From the sequence record MH051916: DNA of 64,000 nucleotides; one strand, given 5' to 3'. A program made the translations under genes and the position numbers. The stretch is from Enterobacteria phage vB_EcoM_IME340. Shown in pieces: positions 1 to 17,896 of this stretch. Below the pieces are notes generated by a model. The model was not told where the DNA came from and searched no databases. It saw only the letters and a list, made by a program, of their open reading frames with translations. Every line of letters begins with the position of its first letter. Position 1 is the first letter of the stretch.

Positions 1-1209
1 CATGTCTCCACCATCAATTATTCTTGCTTCTTTTTCATCTTTTGCTACGGTATAAGGATTTGCTGATAAAGCATATCTAACTAATAAACCGATAGACGGT
101 TGTAAGCTTTCTGGATCAACAACAACTTTAAATGCACCTACATGTTCAGGGTCATCTAAGTCAAGACCTTCTGTATACGGAGCATAGAAAATTGATCCAA
201 CAATTTCTTTTTCACCGATATTTTCTACTACACCAACGATTACATAATCTAATGGGCTGTTAGTATCGCAATAAAGCGGTAAACCATTAGCTAAGAACCC
301 GTAGGCATTTTGTGAAAGATATTTATCATCTTCTGGTTTATGTTTTAACCAACCTGATGCAGCAAGAATCGCAGCGGCACGAGCTGAAGCAACACAGAAC
401 GTTGCTGTATAAGTTGATTCTTTTTGGATATGCGAAACCATTTCACATACCATTCGATATAATGAACGACCAGCTTCAGGTGCAGATGCATAACTCAAAT
501 CAATGAATCCAGTATCAGTAATTCCTGTAACTTTATAGCGTTTTGATACTGTAATCAAAGACTGTAGAATATCTTTATTAATTTCATCTGCCATTTCAGT
601 TGCAAGCAAATCTTCCAAGAAATTAGGAGCATCGAATCCATTTGCTTCTAAATCTTGTGCTAATTCAACTGTGATACCAGTTTTAAGTTTACGAGATTTA
701 ACTGCGGTTTGCCATTTATTAATTTGGAATCTAGCATCAGCAATTTCGCTATCAGAGCTTTCAAATTTGCTTGTTGACGCTGCGTCAGAAAATAGGCGAA
801 CCTTTAAAAGAACAATTGCAATCTGAAGAGCTAACTCTAAGTCGCTTTCTTCAATATCAGCGAATGGAGTATCTTCTAATACTTTATAAACGATATTATT
901 ATATTTGAATAAATCGCCTTTATTGAGAGTTAATTTAGACTCTTCTGTTAATTCTGTGATTTGTTCTCGGTCTACATATCCAGCTTCGCCAGCGTAAGTA
1001 GCACCAGTTTTAAATGTAAATTCATTGTCTGGGTTAAGGTATTTGATACCATAAAAAGCAGCAACAGGTTGATTAGTTCTTTGCGTTGCTACAATGTCAG
1101 AATATATTAATTTAGTGGTAGCGCGAGTCAAAGCAACGAGATTTGGGCGACCGATTGAGTTGCTATTCGTTGTGGTTGATTCGCGCAGAAGTTCGTTGAT
1201 TTTAGCCAT
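1..1209 (-). CDS. 24: Head vertex protein gp24, C-terminus truncated by window start
   Basis: Minus-strand ORF starting at ATG ending at 1209 (MAKINELLRE...) and running off the window (reverse complement of base 1 onward reads ...ARIIDGGDM); matches recalled T4 gp24; lies downstream of gene 23 as in T4. Confidence 0.88.
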   Translation of the reverse strand, partial: MAKINELLRESTTTNSNSIGRPNLVALTRATTKLIYSDIVATQRTNQPVAAFYGIKYLNPDNEFTFKTGATYAGEAGYVDREQITELTEESKLTLNKGDLFKYNNIVYKVLEDTPFADIEESDLELALQIAIVLLKVRLFSDAASTSKFESSDSEIADARFQINKWQTAVKSRKLKTGITVELAQDLEANGFDAPNFLEDLLATEMADEINKDILQSLITVSKRYKVTGITDTGFIDLSYASAPEAGRSLYRMVCEMVSHIQKESTYTATFCVASARAAAILAASGWLKHKPEDDKYLSQNAYGFLANGLPLYCDTNSPLDYVIVGVVENIGEKEIVGSIFYAPYTEGLDLDDPEHVGAFKVVVDPESLQPSIGLLVRYALSANPYTVAKDEKEARIIDGGDM

Positions 1210-1236
1210 TGCGCTTTCCTTTTGGTTTATATGATT

Positions 1237-1244
1237 TATTTATA
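1237..1244 (-). promoter_or_regulatory. T4 late promoter TATAAATA (gene 24)
   Basis: Plus-strand tatttata = TATAAATA on minus strand, about 28 nt upstream of the gene 24 start. Confidence 0.6.
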
Positions 1245-1257
1245 CCATAAAAACAAC

Positions 1258-1280
1258 TAAAGGGACCCGAAGGTCCCTTA
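1258..1280 (-). terminator. Hairpin terminator after gene 23
   Basis: Inverted repeat gggacc-cgaa-ggtccc followed by T-run on the minus strand, immediately downstream of the gp23 stop. Confidence 0.6.
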
Positions 1281-1292
1281 AATCGTCAAAGA

Positions 1293-2858
1293 TTAGATAC
1301 CTTTAACATATACACGGCGGAAGTAAGCGTTTTTACCAAGGCTATTCAGAATAGAAGGCATACCGCTCTGGATGCGAGAAGCCGGAGCCTGAGCAGCGGA
1401 TTCTGCAAATGGGTTGATACCGATACCGTAACGAGTTTTGAATCCCATTACCGGTTGGAAGTTCTTCGGATCGGAACCACGCAGCGGAGTCAGAGCTACA
1501 TATGGAGCATAGTAAATACCAGCATCCATTTCGTTCGGACCTTTATAACCTACAGTGAAATAATCCTGTTTAGCATACTGGTCGATATATACACGGTATT
1601 TACCACCCAGAACACCAGCAAATACTGACTTGGTAGTATCAGTGTTGAAGCCGGTAGCCAGACCCTGTGCAGCATAAGAAATGCCGGTATCAACTGAAGC
1701 CAGAACGTTAACTACGTTACGGGAAGCGATAATGAAGTTACCTTCACCACGACCAGTCTGACGAGCAATTTCAACTGCTTCTTTGTCAATCTGGAACAAC
1801 AGAGCTTTAAAGGATTCACCTGCCCAGCGAGCACCACGAATATCGATTGGGTCTTGGAAGTCAAATACACCAGCTTTAGAACCCGGAGTCAGGGTCATAC
1901 CAGATTTACCAACCTGAGCTGAGTAGTTAATCCAATCAACAACTTCACGGTTGATTTCCAGCATAATTTCTGTAGCCAGAATACCAGACAGTTCAGCATC
2001 AGCATCCATACCGTGAACAGCGCGGAGGTCTTGTGCTAATTCGATAGAGTAAGCAGCTTTCAGCTGACGAGATTTAGCTTCGATAACTTGTTTATCGATA
2101 CGGAAGCCCATTTCATTCCATGGGTTATCGGTAGAACCGTTGAAACCTTCCTGAAGTTCAGCGATAGAAGTAGCCATACCTTCAGCGATTTCTACCAGTA
2201 CACCAGCTTCCATTTGTTTCTTAACTTCGGCATCTAATTTAGCAGCATCAGTCGCACCAGCATCGATTGTTACTACAGCTGAAGCTTGCAGATACACGGT
2301 ACCAGTTTCCTGGAAGAAGTGAGTATAGATATCACCTACAACGGTTTGTGTGCTAGCAGCCAGAGCTGGGAATTTCTTAGCAGCACCCTGACCAGAGAAC
2401 ATTGCATCTGGACCATACATTGGGTGGAATGCTTCTTTAGCACCGGAAGCGATTGGATCTTTACCATATACTGCGCGCAGTGCGAATACCTGGCCAGTCG
2501 GGCTGTTCATCGGCTGAACACCGCAAATATCGAAAGCAATCAGGTTAGGAATAGCACGACGTACCATACCCATAACAGCTGGGCCAATCTGAGTTACTGC
2601 GCCAGAAGTCTGACCTGCAGCGATGTTAGTAGCATTGTAACCGTGGTCACCACCGATTTCAGCTTCTGTTAAGAAAGAACCGAATGCCTGAGCAATTTTT
2701 TCGTCTTTATATTCCGGAGCTGTCTGGAAATCTTTTTCCTGGTTTTCAAAGATTTTAGCGATAATCGCTTGTTTGCTATTAGCAATTTCCGGTAAACCTT
2801 CACCTTCCAGTAATGGCTTCCATTTGTTCAAAAGTTCAGCTTTAGTTTTGATAGTCAT
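1293..2858 (-). CDS. 23: Major capsid protein gp23
   Basis: 521 aa; N-terminus MTIKTKAELLNKWKPLLEGEGLPEIANSKQAIIAKIFENQEKD matches recalled T4 gp23; canonical position. Confidence 0.97.
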   Translation of the reverse strand: MTIKTKAELLNKWKPLLEGEGLPEIANSKQAIIAKIFENQEKDFQTAPEYKDEKIAQAFGSFLTEAEIGGDHGYNATNIAAGQTSGAVTQIGPAVMGMVRRAIPNLIAFDICGVQPMNSPTGQVFALRAVYGKDPIASGAKEAFHPMYGPDAMFSGQGAAKKFPALAASTQTVVGDIYTHFFQETGTVYLQASAVVTIDAGATDAAKLDAEVKKQMEAGVLVEIAEGMATSIAELQEGFNGSTDNPWNEMGFRIDKQVIEAKSRQLKAAYSIELAQDLRAVHGMDADAELSGILATEIMLEINREVVDWINYSAQVGKSGMTLTPGSKAGVFDFQDPIDIRGARWAGESFKALLFQIDKEAVEIARQTGRGEGNFIIASRNVVNVLASVDTGISYAAQGLATGFNTDTTKSVFAGVLGGKYRVYIDQYAKQDYFTVGYKGPNEMDAGIYYAPYVALTPLRGSDPKNFQPVMGFKTRYGIGINPFAESAAQAPASRIQSGMPSILNSLGKNAYFRRVYVKGI

Positions 2859-2876
2859 TTGTGTTAACCTTTAAAA

Positions 2877-3686
2877 TTAGAAACGAGATGCGACTTTCGC
2901 ATATACACTTACAATATCTTCTGCACCCTGTGCAGCTTTATCTTCTACAGCTTCAGTGACGAAATTTAGTCCGGCTGCTTCAGTATCAGGAGTATTTATA
3001 CCCTCAGTAATAGTGCTTTCATCTTTATTAGACTTCTTCACCATTTCTACGATTGCACTCAATTTACTTGAGAATGCATCTGAATAATCCATACCTTCGA
3101 CCAGAGCAGAGACTTTTTCTTTTTGAGACTCAGTCAGATCTTTAGTACTTTCGCTCAATGCCACTTCACGCTGCACATAATTGATATATGCGTCGCGCAT
3201 ATTGAGTTCTTCGAACAGACGAGCTGATTCTTCTTTATGTTCTTGCAGCTCTTCTTCCATTTCAGCTACAACATCAACTGATTCTTCTGGAACAACAACG
3301 TTGTGTTCAACAAAGAGCTCTTTTAATCCACCAAGCATGGATTCAAACAGTTCGGCTTTGATGCCTTTATCAACTGCTAATTTATTTTCAGCGAGCCATT
3401 CTTTTGCAAGATGGTCAATGAATTTAGAAGCTTGCTCAGCGATTTTCTTCTCAGCTTTTTCTTCGGCTTCTTCTTTATTTTTTTCTACTTCTTCTTCTGC
3501 TTTTTCAGCAATTTTAGCGATATGAGATTCAGCTAATTTAACGGCGTGCTGCTTGACGGTAGCTTCGAATACAGTGCCGAAAGTTTCTTTTGCTTCCGGA
3601 GAAATATTAACTGATTCGAAAATACTATCAAGAGCAACGGAAGCATCAATTTTCTGCGCTTCGGCAATCAGTTGTTCTTTAAGCAT
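2877..3686 (-). CDS. 22: Prohead core scaffold protein gp22
   Basis: 269 aa, highly charged helical (E/K/A rich) scaffold-like protein, upstream of 23 as in T4. Confidence 0.9.
   Translation of the reverse strand: MLKEQLIAEAQKIDASVALDSIFESVNISPEAKETFGTVFEATVKQHAVKLAESHIAKIAEKAEEEVEKNKEEAEEKAEKKIAEQASKFIDHLAKEWLAENKLAVDKGIKAELFESMLGGLKELFVEHNVVVPEESVDVVAEMEEELQEHKEESARLFEELNMRDAYINYVQREVALSESTKDLTESQKEKVSALVEGMDYSDAFSSKLSAIVEMVKKSNKDESTITEGINTPDTEAAGLNFVTEAVEDKAAQGAEDIVSVYAKVASRF
2993..3000 (-). promoter_or_regulatory. T4 late promoter TATAAATA (gene 23), inside 3' end of gene 22
   Basis: Minus strand reads GGTATAAATACTCCTGAT, matching recalled P23 context. Confidence 0.6.
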
Positions 3687-3713
3687 TTTGTAGTCCTGTT
3701 GTTTAGATAATAA

Positions 3714-3721
3714 TATTTATA
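3714..3721 (-). promoter_or_regulatory. T4 late promoter TATAAATA (gene 22)
   Basis: TATAAATA on minus strand about 28 nt upstream of gp22 start, overlapping gp21 stop. Confidence 0.55.
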
Positions 3722-4355
3722 ACGCTTTTTTCATGGCCTCTGCGAGAGCCATATAGGCGTCATCGGCACTTGTATCGGCTTCCGCCGTCTGTGATTCGGT
3801 AATTTCCTTAGGAGTTACCCATGCATCTGGAGCACTTGGACCCCATACTGCATCAACACCTACAGTTAATTTGAATCCTTCGTTTACGATACGATAACCT
3901 TTATTTGTGTCAGTCAATGAACCTAATCCACGAGAAGAAACTCCTGGAATCCATCCGGCACGAATATTAGCTGCTAATTTATCTCCAGGACCATGGTCAC
4001 CTTCAATAACACGAGCTCGTCCGTATACGTCATTTCCTTTCCACCACATATCTTCTATAATGATAGCGGCTTGCATCGGGTCAACATTAGCGCGTGGAGG
4101 ATGATTTAATTCTCCGAGAGCTTGTTTAGTTAAAACTTGCTCATTAATATAGTCTTTTACCGCTTTTTCTAATATACGTTTTGGATAAAGACGTTTATTT
4201 CTATTGACGACTTCCGCTTGCATGAATATTCCTTCGATGTATAAACCCGGTTTTAAACCTAAGTCTTTTCCATCATGAGATTCAAGCATTGGCACGCCAT
4301 CAATAATTTCGCCAGGTTGACCCCAAGTTTCAATTAGTAATTGGGGTTCATTCAT
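3717..4355 (-). CDS. 21: Prohead protease gp21
   Basis: 212 aa, same length as T4 gp21; position between 68 and 22. Confidence 0.9.
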   Translation of the reverse strand: MNEPQLLIETWGQPGEIIDGVPMLESHDGKDLGLKPGLYIEGIFMQAEVVNRNKRLYPKRILEKAVKDYINEQVLTKQALGELNHPPRANVDPMQAAIIIEDMWWKGNDVYGRARVIEGDHGPGDKLAANIRAGWIPGVSSRGLGSLTDTNKGYRIVNEGFKLTVGVDAVWGPSAPDAWVTPKEITESQTAEADTSADDAYMALAEAMKKAL

Positions 4356-4780
4356 TAGCTTAATCCTAATGCTTTACGGCGTTTAAGAGCTTTTTTACGC
4401 TTACGCTGAGCACGAGATTGGCCTGCTGGATTGGCAATCTTCGTTTTGGTAGCTTTACGAGCAATTTGTCTACGTTTTGCTTTAGACAGCCCAGTGGTTT
4501 GAAATGCATTACGTTCACGCGTTTTGCGGTCTTTGGTACGTGTAATTTCACCACGGGCGGAAACATGTTTAACGATAAATTCATTTAGCGGCATATTTTC
4601 ATTAATAGAAGCTAATGCAACCGCTAAATCAGTTTCATCATCAAGCATATTCTCGACAATTGTATTTATATCGTCTTTATTTAAAGCAGAAGACAATTCG
4701 TCAAAGCGACCCTGTGCTTCAGGAATAAGTGCTTCGACATTCTCGAGAACTAATTCATGAGTTTCAGGGATCAGAAGCAT
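4355..4780 (-). CDS. 68: Prohead core protein gp68
   Basis: 141 aa, basic C-terminus; T4 order 20-67-68-21. Confidence 0.8.
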
Positions 4781-5027
4781 TATTCATCATCCTCGTCTTC
4801 GTCATCTTCGTCAGAGTCTTTGTCTTTTTTGTCGTCTTTATCATCACCATCTTCGTCTTCGTCATCATCCTCGTCTTCAGGTTCTTCACCTTCGATTAAG
4901 AAATTACGAGCGATAGCGATTTTTTCTTCTTTAATTAAATCAATCGTTCTTGCAGCCATGGCTTCAGCAAATAATTTACGAGCGGCTACGAGGTCGTTTG
5001 ATTTAATAGCTTCAATTAAACCTTCCA

Positions 5028-5028
<1 letters not shown>
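4780..5028 (-). CDS. 67: Prohead core protein gp67 (acidic)
   Basis: 82 aa with poly-acidic tail [13 protein letters not shown]...; position after gene 20. Confidence 0.8.
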
Positions 5029-6653
<1,625 letters not shown>

Positions 6654-6685
6654 TTAAGCAGGATGGGGATTTCTCCCCATTCATT

Positions 6686-7177
6686 TTATTCCCAATAATC
6701 GAGAGCGAGAGTTACTTCAAAGGTTTGGATTTCATTGTTTGAATCCCAATCTAACTGAAGTTCACCCACGTTAGTAGGCCACAGGCCTTTAATTTCGACT
6801 TCTTTTGTTACAGTTTTAGCGTCACGAGCATATTGGCGTACAATAGCACTCTTTTTATACTCTGCTGGTTTTCCACCAGTAATTTCGTTTCCTTGCCCAG
6901 CAGCAATGCTTTGCCAGTCAACAAACTTCTGGCGTGCATCATGCGCCTCATCATTCATTACTGTAATAGTCCAGTCATCGAATGTACGATCGCCTGCTAC
7001 GTTAATTTTACGGTTCATAAATCCGACTGGAATTTTTTCTACAATACCAGCTGGTAAAGCAGTGGCTTTACATTGAAACGTAAAATTTTGTCCAAGATAA
7101 GAAATTTCTACTTGGAATAAGTTAGGTCGAGCAAAATCACCAGATTCAAACGCTCGTGTTACATCATCTACAAACAT
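6686..7177 (-). CDS. 19: Tail tube protein gp19
   Basis: 163 aa, same length as T4 gp19; between 18 and 20. Confidence 0.9.
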   Translation of the reverse strand: MFVDDVTRAFESGDFARPNLFQVEISYLGQNFTFQCKATALPAGIVEKIPVGFMNRKINVAGDRTFDDWTITVMNDEAHDARQKFVDWQSIAAGQGNEITGGKPAEYKKSAIVRQYARDAKTVTKEVEIKGLWPTNVGELQLDWDSNNEIQTFEVTLALDYWE

Positions 7178-7191
7178 ATTAGCCTCTGTAG

Positions 7192-7199
7192 TATTTATA
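7192..7199 (-). promoter_or_regulatory. T4 late promoter TATAAATA (gene 19)
   Basis: TATAAATA on minus strand just upstream of gp19 start; a second copy at 7251-7258. Confidence 0.55.
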
Positions 7200-7259
7200 T
7201 CCCTATGTTTAACCTAGGGCATATAGAATTAAAGAATTAAGGATATAGTGTATTTATAT

Positions 7260-7277
7260 GGCCTGCCGAAACAGGCC
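7260..7277 (-). terminator. Hairpin after gene 18
   Basis: ggcctg-ccgaaa-caggcc inverted repeat downstream of gp18 stop. Confidence 0.5.
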
Positions 7278-7293
7278 TTTAGAATGCACCGTA

Positions 7294-9273
7294 TTAACCT
7301 GCAAGACCAGTTAACTCATCGAAATCTGCACCAGTAGCAGTTGCGACGAAATTCAAAGTAATATAATTTATACTGCGCGCCGGTTGGATGTAGAATGTTG
7401 CAACAAACTCATTTCTATCAATTACTGACGGAGTGTTATTTGTTGTATCGCAAACTACACGATATTCATAAATTCCACCGAGAGCTTTAATTCCCTGTAA
7501 GTATTGGGCAGTTTCTGTGCGGAATGATGAACGAGTAAACGCGTTGTTTAATTCGAACAAACGATATTTTGAACTACGTCCGATATTCGTTTTCAACATA
7601 TTAAACAGACGACGAACGTTAATACGATCAAATGGAGAAGGAACAGAAGTAGCTGTTTTATCACCATACAATACGTAACCATCACCACCTGTACCGGTTA
7701 CCGGATTGATAGCTTCTTGGTATAAACGGTCGCGCTGAGCCTGGCGAGTTTCAATAGCCAGTTTAATAACGTTCAAAATTTGGCCACGATTATAACCAGC
7801 TGGAGACATCCAAGTCTGAGAAACGTTATCGGTTCTTGCACATAAACCGGCAATATCAGCTGCTAATGGAACCCAGCGATTGACATCATTGTATTTGTCA
7901 TACTGATATTTGTAGTTACCATCAATTGCTGCATAGGTTGAACTGATATTAAAGTTATTATCAGTGTATGAACCTGCTGCAGTTCTCCAGTTGACTAAGT
8001 TATCAACAGCACGAGTTACAGGAATTCCAACTACAGTTTCACGCGGTGGTGAGCACAATACTAAGCAATCTTGGCGAGCATCCCCAATTGAAACGACGTG
8101 TTTTTGGACAGTAGATGCTGTTTCTAAAGATTCACCGGCACAAGAACCCGCAATAAACAACTGAACATCAACAGATTCACGGTCAGCAAAGAAGTCCCAA
8201 GCTTCCATCAAATCTCCTGCTGTTACTTCAGCATTTGATGATAATCCACCAGACAGAGTTAAAATTCCAGAGAAGCCTTCTGGCCAGTTTTGTGCAGTTG
8301 CAAAAATATATTCTGAGCCGCCTTTTGCGAAAAAGTCATCGATATAGATGTTACTATCATAAATATCTTTTTCACCACGCTTAGTTGAAAGAACAACGCT
8401 TTGAACAATAGCATCATTACGACGAACTATAATAGCGTATTGTGAATCAGTTTGTGGTCCATATCCAAACACTGCTTTGGCAGTAGATGCGCGTGTTCCG
8501 CCACCTGGATAAATTGGGAGTAATGCAGAAGCTCCTTTTGCGTAGTCAGCTTTAGATACAATTTCGATTTCAATTTTATCGCCTAACTCGCCTGGATAAA
8601 GAGCTACTACTCCTGGAATTCCATATTTTTCGAGATTTGCTTGAAATTCAACCGCTGTCACAGCAGCTTCAGCATTTTCAATTTCAGCTAATAAAATACC
8701 AGAATCAGTAATAATTTTTCCAAGAGTTATTACCGCAGCTAAACCAGAGGAAGACGAAGAAATTTCCGCAGTCCAGTTAGAACCTAGTGTTGGATATTCA
8801 CCTACTTCTTTCGCTTTAGCGATAATTTTTGCAGTAGGAATATTAATTTTCTTAATTTTTCCATCTGCGTCTACTTCAGTAATTTTACCTTCAGTTTCAA
8901 TATCATCTGAAACATATTTGACCGTGATTTTATCTCCAACCGCGTAGTTACTACCTGGGGCTGAAATAGTGTATTCAATATTACCAGCAATCGGAGATGA
9001 GTTTTTAGCGGTATCTCTATCGACAGCACGCACAACTCGCAAATCATTTCCATATTGTAAGAAATTCATTGCAGACATAAAATAATCAGCAGTTTCAGCT
9101 GTAGGTTGACCAAAAGTATTAACTAAATCTACTTCATTTGTAACCTGTTTAATCTGAAAAGCAGGACCCCACTGGAATTTACCGGCCAAAGCTGCTGTAC
9201 CAGTAGAGTTATTAACAACGGTGCTTTGAACCGTAGTTTCTTTGAGCTCAATGCCCGGAGATAATAAAGTCAT
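7294..9273 (-). CDS. 18: Tail sheath protein gp18
   Basis: 659 aa, same length as T4 gp18; position. Confidence 0.95.
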   Translation of the reverse strand: MTLLSPGIELKETTVQSTVVNNSTGTAALAGKFQWGPAFQIKQVTNEVDLVNTFGQPTAETADYFMSAMNFLQYGNDLRVVRAVDRDTAKNSSPIAGNIEYTISAPGSNYAVGDKITVKYVSDDIETEGKITEVDADGKIKKINIPTAKIIAKAKEVGEYPTLGSNWTAEISSSSSGLAAVITLGKIITDSGILLAEIENAEAAVTAVEFQANLEKYGIPGVVALYPGELGDKIEIEIVSKADYAKGASALLPIYPGGGTRASTAKAVFGYGPQTDSQYAIIVRRNDAIVQSVVLSTKRGEKDIYDSNIYIDDFFAKGGSEYIFATAQNWPEGFSGILTLSGGLSSNAEVTAGDLMEAWDFFADRESVDVQLFIAGSCAGESLETASTVQKHVVSIGDARQDCLVLCSPPRETVVGIPVTRAVDNLVNWRTAAGSYTDNNFNISSTYAAIDGNYKYQYDKYNDVNRWVPLAADIAGLCARTDNVSQTWMSPAGYNRGQILNVIKLAIETRQAQRDRLYQEAINPVTGTGGDGYVLYGDKTATSVPSPFDRINVRRLFNMLKTNIGRSSKYRLFELNNAFTRSSFRTETAQYLQGIKALGGIYEYRVVCDTTNNTPSVIDRNEFVATFYIQPARSINYITLNFVATATGADFDELTGLAG

Positions 9274-9301
9274 TTTTAATCCTCTTTAATATGCTTTAAT
9301 A

Positions 9302-12442
<3,141 letters not shown>

Positions 12443-12483
12443 GATTTCTCCTAATCTGGGCTTTAATTAGTTTATAATATTTA

Positions 12484-14185
<1,702 letters not shown>

Positions 14186-14194
14186 TTAAAATCC

Positions 14195-14213
14195 TTTGGG
14201 GCCTTGCGGCCCC
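14195..14213 (-). terminator. Hairpin terminator after wac
   Basis: ggggcc-ttgc-ggcccc inverted repeat between wac stop and gene 13 start. Confidence 0.55.
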
Positions 14214-14216
14214 ATG

Positions 14217-15674
14217 TTATGCTGGTGATAAAAAGGTAGAAAGTAGTACCCATTCGCCGTCTTTACGAACGTAAGCTTGGCCATCTTTTGGAGCTTCAGG
14301 GATATAACCTGCTTCCTGTAAAGTCTGAACATCCCCCTGTAATGAAGATACATTACTTTTAATACTACGCATTTCTTGATTAATAGAAGAAATGTTAGTT
14401 TCATTAGCTTTTATTGAATTAGTTAATCCGCGCTCTTCTACCGTTGAACCATTTGGATTTGTGCCGCTTACTAGTTTATTTAGTGCAACAACTTGGCCTT
14501 TAATTCCAGTAGTGTTATTACCAATTTCAACTTGTAAGTTTTGAACATCATTGTTCAGTCTATTAACTGAAGTTTCAACAGTTGAAACCCTATTTAAAAG
14601 AGACCCAGGAGGAGAAGGCTGACCTCCGCTAGAATCAGTTCCAACGATTTGGTTTAGCCATGAAACGTTTGCTCGTAGTCCAGATGAAGTGTTTTCACCA
14701 ACAATTCCATTTAAAAACTCAATTGATGTGGTATTATCTTTAATTCTACCTTTAATACTAGAAGGAATATCATCTGAGCCAATTGACGTTTCAATGACAG
14801 TCAATCGTTGTTTAATACCTCCGCTTTTATTTAGTTCATCATTTAAAGCTGAAACTTCTCGTGTATTAGTGTTAACATCTGTGATTATTGAAGTATTTCC
14901 TGGATATCCAATAGAAGTTTTGATAGATTTAATTTCGGAACTAAGATTAATCTGCGATTGATCTAAATTATGAACACGTGAATATATGCTTTCACTGAAT
15001 GAAGATGGTCTTTGTCCAAGTTCTTGTCTAAGATTTCCGACTTCAATTGTCAGTGAACCTACATCAGATTCAATAAATTTTTCTTCCAAATCACTTAGAC
15101 GTATTCCTTGGGAAGTTATAGCATCTGTATTATTAATGATGCGGTGCTTCATACCCGTGCTGCTATTTCCTACAACAGGAAGACCATTAATGTCTTGCCC
15201 AGCATATTGTCCTAATTCTCTTTTAATCCATAACAAATCATTTCTAATCGTTCTATAAACTGAATTTGCTTGCGAATTAAATGGACCAATATCAGAAAGA
15301 ATATTATCAACCGTAGTATTTGTGCCATTTAATATATCAGTGTGTTCATTCGTGAGTGTCTTTAAATTTGATATATCATTTTTATTAATGCTGATCTGTG
15401 ATAGCGCTTCTATATCTCCTGATACATCTAAAATGCCTTGAATGGTTTTAATATCTTCCTGAGATGTTTCAATGGCAGTTTTAAGAATTCCTACATTTTC
15501 GTCGAGAACCTCGACATTTTTAAACACGGAAACAGTTGGTCTATTCATTGACCCATCGTTTCCATACTTAGTACTAGCTCCTAATATTTCTTCACCATTT
15601 TTAATCCATGAAATACGTTCCTGACCTTCGCCAGGAACGCTATCAACAAAAGGTAACTCTTTTAATTCAATCAT
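14217..15674 (-). CDS. wac: Fibritin (whisker) Wac
   Basis: 485 aa segmented coiled coil ending in the foldon [27 protein letters not shown]. Confidence 0.92.
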   Translation of the reverse strand: MIELKELPFVDSVPGEGQERISWIKNGEEILGASTKYGNDGSMNRPTVSVFKNVEVLDENVGILKTAIETSQEDIKTIQGILDVSGDIEALSQISINKNDISNLKTLTNEHTDILNGTNTTVDNILSDIGPFNSQANSVYRTIRNDLLWIKRELGQYAGQDINGLPVVGNSSTGMKHRIINNTDAITSQGIRLSDLEEKFIESDVGSLTIEVGNLRQELGQRPSSFSESIYSRVHNLDQSQINLSSEIKSIKTSIGYPGNTSIITDVNTNTREVSALNDELNKSGGIKQRLTVIETSIGSDDIPSSIKGRIKDNTTSIEFLNGIVGENTSSGLRANVSWLNQIVGTDSSGGQPSPPGSLLNRVSTVETSVNRLNNDVQNLQVEIGNNTTGIKGQVVALNKLVSGTNPNGSTVEERGLTNSIKANETNISSINQEMRSIKSNVSSLQGDVQTLQEAGYIPEAPKDGQAYVRKDGEWVLLSTFLSPA

Positions 15675-15683
15675 TTGTAATCC

Positions 15684-17240
15684 TTAGTAATGAACTTTAA
15701 TAATATAGTTTAATGATATATTCCATGGTCTAGTTTCATAACCAATTAATCCTTCACGGTTTAACGTACCAAACGAATCACGAGCACCACCCATTTCAAA
15801 TCCGTCGTTAGTAAAGAACAAATGGTTGTCCCAGTCGGCGCTTCTACCATTGCCTAAATATCCACTGCCATTAGATGCGCCAAACGGTGCATAACCTCTG
15901 TTATTTCCATTTTCCCCCCAGGCACCAGCATGTTTATGGTATGACATTTGTTGTGCCTGAACACCGCCAACATGCATTCCGTCACATCCTACACCAAGTC
16001 TATCCTTCCCATAACCATCTTGTCCGCGTTGATTTAAAATATGACTGCCTGTGCCAGCTCCTCTAACAAAAAGACCTCGCATATCAGGAATACCAGGATT
16101 ATTCCAATCACCACCAAATCTTGTTCCAACTGTGTTTCTATAATCAGGAAATTGGGCACCTGAGACGGTTCCACCGTGGCACATAATCCAACCCGGAGGT
16201 GCTGAATCACCCGCAAACATCATAATAGTTCCGACTGGAACCCTTTCGGACGCATATCTTTCAGTGGCAACAGGTTGATCGCCATTTTTCCACATTCCGC
16301 CGCGTGACCAAATTCCGTTTGCTGTAAGATGGTCTAAATTTAAAGAACCATTAATAGTTTGTCCACCACGAGTATTAATTACATCTGCGTTCCATGCTAA
16401 TGCACCAGAGCTATCACCTTCAGGGGCAATACCGGCTTGCGTCGTTAATTTAACTACTCCACGCATAGAACCAGTAGCTCCTCGACCATTTAGTGTTTCA
16501 CCTGTTACTGCAACATCTCCTAAATTACTGTTAATTTCCGATTGTGTTCCTAAACGTATAACACCCTTATATTCTTGTGTTGCAACAGAATTCATAAAGG
16601 TATACGGAGAAATTGCATATCCTTCGCGGAGAGTTCCTTGACGAGTTTGCGCAACAGTAGATAATTGAACTACACCTCTCACAGATTCTGATGCAGTATC
16701 TTCGGAAGGAGCTATTTGTGAAATTAATTTTATTGCAAGTTTTTGCGTTTTTAATGGAGTCATCGCCGTAGTATCATCAACTCCAGCTAAAGCTGCAGGT
16801 GTAGATGATATTTTAATAACCCCGTTTGATGACTCAGACGAATATCTATTTTGGAACACATCGTCAGTATGGTATTTCAGTTTTTGCGGCGTTATTGATG
16901 AATTATTATCTGAGCCTTCTAATGTTTCTTCATTTGTTGAATAGCGCGTTAAACCATACTTAGTTTCAGTAGCATTTGGATACAATAGTCTTGTTGCTAA
17001 TGTAGCTGGCGTAACGATTTTAGAATTATTAGTTCCATCTAAAACCTCTTGCTCTGACGCAATCATTGCTATTCCTTTAACTTCCATAGTTGCATCAGGA
17101 ATACCGTTTACGCCGATATTACTTATTTTTGATAATGCAGACTGCACTGTCGTGACAGTGTCAGGAAAATTCGATCCTACTGGATCGAATTTAACATATT
17201 TTGATTCATTTGATACGTGCTGATATGTATTGTTACTCAT
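15684..17240 (-). CDS. 12: Short tail fiber protein gp12
   Basis: 518 aa; position between 11 and wac; T4 gp12 is slightly longer by recollection. Confidence 0.88.
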   Translation of the reverse strand: MSNNTYQHVSNESKYVKFDPVGSNFPDTVTTVQSALSKISNIGVNGIPDATMEVKGIAMIASEQEVLDGTNNSKIVTPATLATRLLYPNATETKYGLTRYSTNEETLEGSDNNSSITPQKLKYHTDDVFQNRYSSESSNGVIKISSTPAALAGVDDTTAMTPLKTQKLAIKLISQIAPSEDTASESVRGVVQLSTVAQTRQGTLREGYAISPYTFMNSVATQEYKGVIRLGTQSEINSNLGDVAVTGETLNGRGATGSMRGVVKLTTQAGIAPEGDSSGALAWNADVINTRGGQTINGSLNLDHLTANGIWSRGGMWKNGDQPVATERYASERVPVGTIMMFAGDSAPPGWIMCHGGTVSGAQFPDYRNTVGTRFGGDWNNPGIPDMRGLFVRGAGTGSHILNQRGQDGYGKDRLGVGCDGMHVGGVQAQQMSYHKHAGAWGENGNNRGYAPFGASNGSGYLGNGRSADWDNHLFFTNDGFEMGGARDSFGTLNREGLIGYETRPWNISLNYIIKVHY

Positions 17241-17896
17241 GCTATTCTCTCAAAATAATAAAATACCGTAGGTTGTGTGTGACTATCTAGCGTGACAGTT
17301 TGCGCACCTAATAATTGCCAAGTTCCGTATCCAGGTTTAGAAGGAGAAATTATTTCTTGTTTGAAAGTAATTCCTTTATCAGAGTATTGTTCTAAGATAT
17401 GTTCTTGGTTATCTAAATACTTAACTTGTATTTTATTTCCTATGGTAGGATGGTCTTCAAATGAATCAATTGCAATAAATTTTGCAACCATTTCCTGCAG
17501 AGCTGTTCTAACGGCACTGGTAAATTCGATTGAAGTCATTCCGTTAGTAGCTTTAACAGGAATGCCAAACATGTTAACAATAACTGGGTCACCTGGTTTG
17601 GCTGAAGTATCATTGACAGTTCCTTCAAATGACCAATAGTCTGTTTGCTGCACGCCAGTAGGAGATACGCCGCTTATATTAACTAATACAGCTCCAACTT
17701 GTTGCTCTGCCATATTTCTAACATCATTGATAGCAGATTCTACATTTGGGTCATAAAAACCTTTTGCTATTTGTGAAATTGTTACAGCGCCTACTGGCTG
17801 ATTATTCATAACCGAAATATCATTTTTCTTAGTTCTAAAACCAAGAAAATCTGCTAAGCGGGAAATAACTCCCGCTTTATTATTAAGTAAACTCAT
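17237..17896 (-). CDS. 11: Baseplate wedge protein gp11
   Basis: ORF track begins at an upstream TTG; ATG at [20 protein letters not shown] gives 219 aa matching recalled T4 gp11; start overlaps gp10 stop. Confidence 0.85.
   Translation of the reverse strand: MSLLNNKAGVISRLADFLGFRTKKNDISVMNNQPVGAVTISQIAKGFYDPNVESAINDVRNMAEQQVGAVLVNISGVSPTGVQQTDYWSFEGTVNDTSAKPGDPVIVNMFGIPVKATNGMTSIEFTSAVRTALQEMVAKFIAIDSFEDHPTIGNKIQVKYLDNQEHILEQYSDKGITFKQEIISPSKPGYGTWQLLGAQTVTLDSHTQPTVFYYFERIA

Noticed and set aside
2286-2672. Plus-strand 128 aa ORF inside gene 23, and similar antisense ORFs inside 22, 21, 68, 67, 18, 17, 13, wac, 12, 10, 9, 8, 7, 6, 5
   Set aside because: Low-complexity shadow ORFs on the opposite strand of strongly supported structural genes; no start context and no space for an independent gene
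14186-14404. 72 aa minus-strand ORF overlapping the wac 3' end
   Set aside because: Alternative frame within wac and spanning its terminator hairpin; no independent support
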